A DNA stretch of 64,000 nucleotides, taken from the NCBI GenBank assembly GCA_028826165.1, contig JAPDFW010000022.1, positions 1 to 64,000 of the forward strand. The letters run 5' to 3'. The translations under genes were made by a program, and so were the position numbers. Below are positions 59,852 through 64,000 of this stretch, in pieces; position 1 is the first letter of the stretch; each line of letters opens with the position of its first letter. This stretch comes from Anaeramoeba ignava BMAN. Taxonomy: Eukaryota > Protista > Anaeramoebae. Under the pieces are notes generated by a model, which made no database searches, was not told the origin of the DNA, and saw nothing but the letters and a program-made list of their open reading frames with translations.

Positions 59852-62800
59852 ATGCAAAAACCAATTAAAGAAGGATTTTTAACAAAACAAGGAGGTGCAC
59901 ATAAATCATGGAAAAAACGTTGGTTTGCTTTAGATTCAGAAAATCTTTTATATTTTAAAAATGAAACTAAAGTAAAAAAAAAAAAAAAGCAAAAAACAAA
60001 TTTTAACTGAAAATTAAATATTTTAAATTTAAAAAAAAAAAGAAAAAACTTTTAGGCACAATTCCCATTTCTGAATCTTTTGTGGAACCTTATACTCCAA
60101 CAGGAAAAAAATTAATCAAAAATCGTTTTTATTTTAAAGTTGGTAAAGATGGTTCAAGAACTTATTTTATTTTTGCTCAAACAGAAGATTTAAGGGATGA
60201 ATGGATTGCTGAAATTTCTAATACAATAAAAAGCTTAGTAAAATCAAAATGAAATTCAAAAATCAAAATTAAATTCAAATTTAAAAATTCAAAATCAAAT
60301 TAAAATTAAAATCAAAATCAAAATTAAAATTAAATTAAATTAAAATTAAAATTAAATTAAAATCAAAATTAAAATCAAAATTAAAATCAAAATTAAAATC
60401 AAAATTAAAATCAAAATTAAAATTAAAATTAAAATTAAAATTAAAATCAAAATAAAAATCAAAATTAAAATCAAAATCAAATTCAAATTCAAATTCAAAA
60501 TTAAAATCAAGATTAAAATTCAAAATTAAATTCAAATTAAAATTAAAATCCAAAATTAAAATTTAAATTCAAATTCAAATTCAAATTAAAATTAAAATTA
60601 AAATTAAAATTAAAATTAAAATTAAAATTAAAATTAAAATTAAAATTAAAATTAAAATTAAAATTAAAATTAAAATTAAAATTAAAATTAAAATTAAAAT
60701 TTAAATTCAAATTCAAATTCAAATTAAAATTAAAATTAAAATTAAAATTAAAATTAAAATTAAAATTAAAATTAAAATTAAAATTAAAATTAAAATTCAA
60801 AATTAAATTAAAATTAAAATTAAAATCAAATTAAAATTTAAAGAAATCCCCAAAAATCGAAAGAAAAGATCCAGAAGTTATTCTTGCAAATAAATATATA
60901 CTTTTTGCTAGATCAAATTCACAAGATTTCGAATTTGACGAAGAAGATTTTAAAAATCAACCATCAATTTTAAAACTGAATGAAATTTTTGAAAATGGAA
61001 ACAGTAACAAAAAATATGGAAACAAAAAACATTAAATGAAATAATTTAAACAATTCCTTTTTAATAATTATTAAATCAATTAGTTTATTTTCGAGGTTTT
61101 TATAAACAAAAAATTCAAAATGAATGGAATCCTGTATTTTTTGAAATTGTGAATTTATCTTTAATAATTTTTTCATTGAAAGAAAATTCTCAAGTAAATT
61201 TAAATTCAAATTCAAATTCAAATTCAAATTCAAATAAAAATAATCATTGTTTTTCTTTGTTTGAATCAAATTAAAATCAAGGAAATAATCGATGAAAATA
61301 AGATTGAAATTAATATTTCAAATATTGAAAATATTATTCCAATTTCACTTAAAGAAGAACCAAATACAAAAAATAAGAACATTTTCAAAATGATAATCAA
61401 GGATAAATCAGAAAAAAAAAATCTTTTATTCTGTGCAAAAAACCGATATTCTTTTGCAAGATTAGCATCTCTTGTGAATATTTTACAAGATGCTTCCATT
61501 TCTCAATTTTTGAAGTTATCATCTAAACCCAAAAGAGAGAACAAAATTAATCAAGATGAAATGAATGAAAAAGAAAAGCAAAATATTCTGATTCATCTTT
61601 TTTTTTACATCAATATTGTGATCGATAAGATCATTCAAGGAAGTAATTAATCTTGAAAAAAAAGAAGAAGAAGAAGGATTTTGCAACCTTTTTTTTTTTT
61701 ATTTAAAATTAATCAATTGATTTTAATTGGATTTTTCTTTAATGTCATGTTAATAATAATTTAAAAGGATTTATCAATTTGGAAATATTTAAATCAAAAC
61801 CAGTTCATAGTTCTCAAATCAAGCGAATCATTGAAGAATTAAACAAAGAAAGAAAAGGATCAATTGATAAAAGTATTGAGAATATTAATTCTTTAAGTGG
61901 AGTATTATTATTGCTATTTTCATTTATTCCAGGACCAATATTAAAAATATCTTTAAATAGCAATGAAGAAAAAAAAGGTATTTATTATTATTATTATATT
62001 TATTATTATTTGAAAAAACCCTTTTTTTTTCTTGTTCTAATTTATGATTTAATTTATAGAATTTGATGCTAGTTTGCTAAAAGATATTTTTTTATCACAA
62101 CCTTTGAAAATTAAAAAGATCATTTCAAATACGTTTTTATTTGCTTATTTTTATTTCAAATCACAAGAAGAAATACTTTCAACTGATGATTTTAAAGAAT
62201 TAAGAAAAGGACTTATTGATGCAATAAATTGTCTTTTTCCATTTATTTATAGTAATGATTCACGACAAGAATTTCTTTCAGAATTTATAAAACAAAAGAA
62301 TATTTGCAGAATAATGCTTGATAATTCTGAAGTAAATTTTAAAATGAAAATTTCAAATCAAAAATCAAAATTTAAAATTTGAAAATAAATTTGAAAATAG
62401 TTCATTTTCGAAAATCAATGGAAACAAAAGAAATCAATTTTTGAAGAAATCAAAACAAGTTTAATAATTTCAAATAAAAGAAAAGTACAAATTCAAAAAG
62501 AAGTTGAATTAAATATAGATCAAAATAAAACCGAAATGACAAATGAAAATATTGAAGAAATAGAAGAGAAAAACGAACAAGAAAAACCAAACTGAATCTC
62601 GAAATAGATCAGTTAAAAAATTTATTGATAGATCAATTGAAACAATTCGTTCAGGTTCATTAATAGAAAAGCAAGATCAATCACAAAAATTTGATTTTGT
62701 CTTTTCAGAAGAATTTGATCATGAATTTGATGAAGATAGTCATTTTATTGATGATAAAGATGATGATTCTTATGAAACCGATGATGAAAATGAAACTGTT

Positions 62801-63313
62801 GTTCAAAATTTATTAAGAGAAAATCATTATTATCGTTCAGTTCCTATTCCTTTAACACCTCCTATTTTTGATCTTCCAATTTCAGAAGAAAAATATTTGA
62901 AGAATATTGATAGTGAATATAATCAAATACAAAATCAAATTCTTGATCTTGATAATATCAATCACATTCAAGAATTAATTAAAGAATTAAATAATGAAAA
63001 TCCCAAATATAATTATAGGTTTGTATAAAATTTTTAATTTTAAATTTATAAATTAATTTAAATAATAATTTTAAATTTTAGAACATATTTAAATGAAAGT
63101 TTGGAATCTTTATCTGCAGAATTAGCTCAATTACAATTAAAATTAGCTGTTCATGATCATGAACTTTCTTTAATTAGAGAACAAACATTTATTCCTCGAA
63201 AACCTGTTTTACTTTTAAATTCAAAATCATTAGCAGAAAATTATAAAGAAGATGAAGATGATTTTCGAAGACTTAGTTTTGGTGTTCTTGAAGTGACAAG
63301 AAAAAGGAAATAA
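59852..63313 (+). CDS. PH-domain protein with second PH-like and degenerate RhoGAP-like domain, multi-exon, with frame breaks
   Basis: KEGFLTKQGGAHKSWKKRWFAL...GTIPI...RTYFIFAQTEDLRDEWI. RhoGAP-like IDKIIQGRFINLEIFKSKP...IKRIIEEL...INSLSGVLLLLFSFIPGPIL. Acidic/coiled C-terminus. Confidence 0.7.
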
Positions 63314-63529
63314 AAATTAATTAAAAATTCAAAAAAAATTCATTTTACTCATTCATTAAATAAAAAAAAAAAGAAATTATAATTATAATTATAATTATAA
63401 CTATTTTTATTATTTAAATTTTAGAATTAATTTCCATTTGTTAAATTTCTTTTAAAAAATTGGAATAAAATTTCTCTTTTGAATTTTTTATTCTTTTTGG
63501 TTTTTTTTTTAAAGAAACTTTTTGAAAAT

Positions 63530-64000
63530 TCATTTCAAATCAACAAGAAATTCAGAAATAATTAACTTGTGATCAGAAGCATTTGAATTAATTGAATAAG
63601 AAGAAAGAAGTTTAAAAGGACTTTCAGTTTGGAAAACTTTTTGAGAAGCAAAAATATAATCAATTCTTGTTTGAGCCCAACAAGTGAATTCATCTTTGAT
63701 TTCAGGATGAATTTTTTTCCAACAATCAATATAATTTTCTTTTTGAGTTATTCTTTTATAAACATCAAGTTTTGGTAATTCCCAAAAATTTTTTCTGCGA
63801 ACTTTCTCAATTTTTTCCCAATTTTGAAGTGAATAATCTTCTGCTAAACTTAAACTATTGAAATCACCAACAAAAAAATGATATTTTTCAAAAATTTGAT
63901 TTTCTTTGAATGAATTGAATATTTCATCCAATTGTTTCAATCTAGTTTCTTCGGAAATGTGATCCAAATGAGTGCAACAAACATCGAAAGTAAATGAATT
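63530..64000 (-). CDS. Endonuclease/exonuclease/phosphatase (EEP) family protein, 5'-truncated by window edge
   Basis: CTHLDH, VGDFNSL, TRIDYIF, ASDH catalytic motifs. Confidence 0.88.
   Translation of the reverse strand, partial: NSFTFDVCCTHLDHISEETRLKQLDEIFNSFKENQIFEKYHFFVGDFNSLSLAEDYSLQNWEKIEKVRRKNFWELPKLDVYKRITQKENYIDCWKKIHPEIKDEFTCWAQTRIDYIFASQKVFQTESPFKLLSSYSINSNASDHKLIISEFLVDLK

Noticed and set aside
1-64000. Inteins or homing endonucleases (reported as abundant in Anaeramoeba)
   Set aside because: No Hint-domain C...HN-[C/S/T] boundaries or LAGLIDADG motifs seen; large inserts in ATG4 and CDC123 are simple repeats
1-64000. tRNA, rRNA or snRNA genes
   Set aside because: No GC-rich structured non-coding segment recognisable by eye; a covariance-model search is needed to exclude small RNAs

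Overview
Very AT-rich, gene-dense eukaryotic nuclear DNA. It holds about 24 protein-coding genes on both strands, most split by spliceosomal introns, with abundant (AATCAA)n poly-NQ tracts in exons and AT-only tandem repeats in introns. The style (RCC1/ANK/WD40-BTB expansion, NQ repeats, organelle-targeted frataxin) resembles an anaerobic protist such as Anaeramoeba (Metamonada); that assignment is inference. Recognisable genes: four BTB adaptors, two sorting nexins, omega-amidase (NIT2-like), HPS4-like, CDC123, frataxin, UBXN7-like, PKD2/TRPP channel, RPL18, a class I/II aminotransferase, F-box-LRR, RTCA, dysbindin-like, ATG4, PH-RhoGAP-like and an EEP-family gene. Best finds: (1) an AT-AC, U12-type (minor spliceosome) intron in the PKD2-like gene, needed to restore the reading frame; (2) a sense-strand TCATTTTT initiator-like motif upstream of most genes; (3) a coiled-coil protein with both dynein-adaptor signatures (CC1 box and Spindly motif); (4) a ~1700-aa protein built of 12 or more tandem PH-like modules; (5) a modular double-BTB adaptor family with swapped sensor domains and one-repeat-per-exon structure; (6) many endolysosomal/BLOC-type genes. 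Several genes carry single-base frameshifts in homopolymers, most likely assembly errors. All gene models and family calls were made by eye, without database searches.
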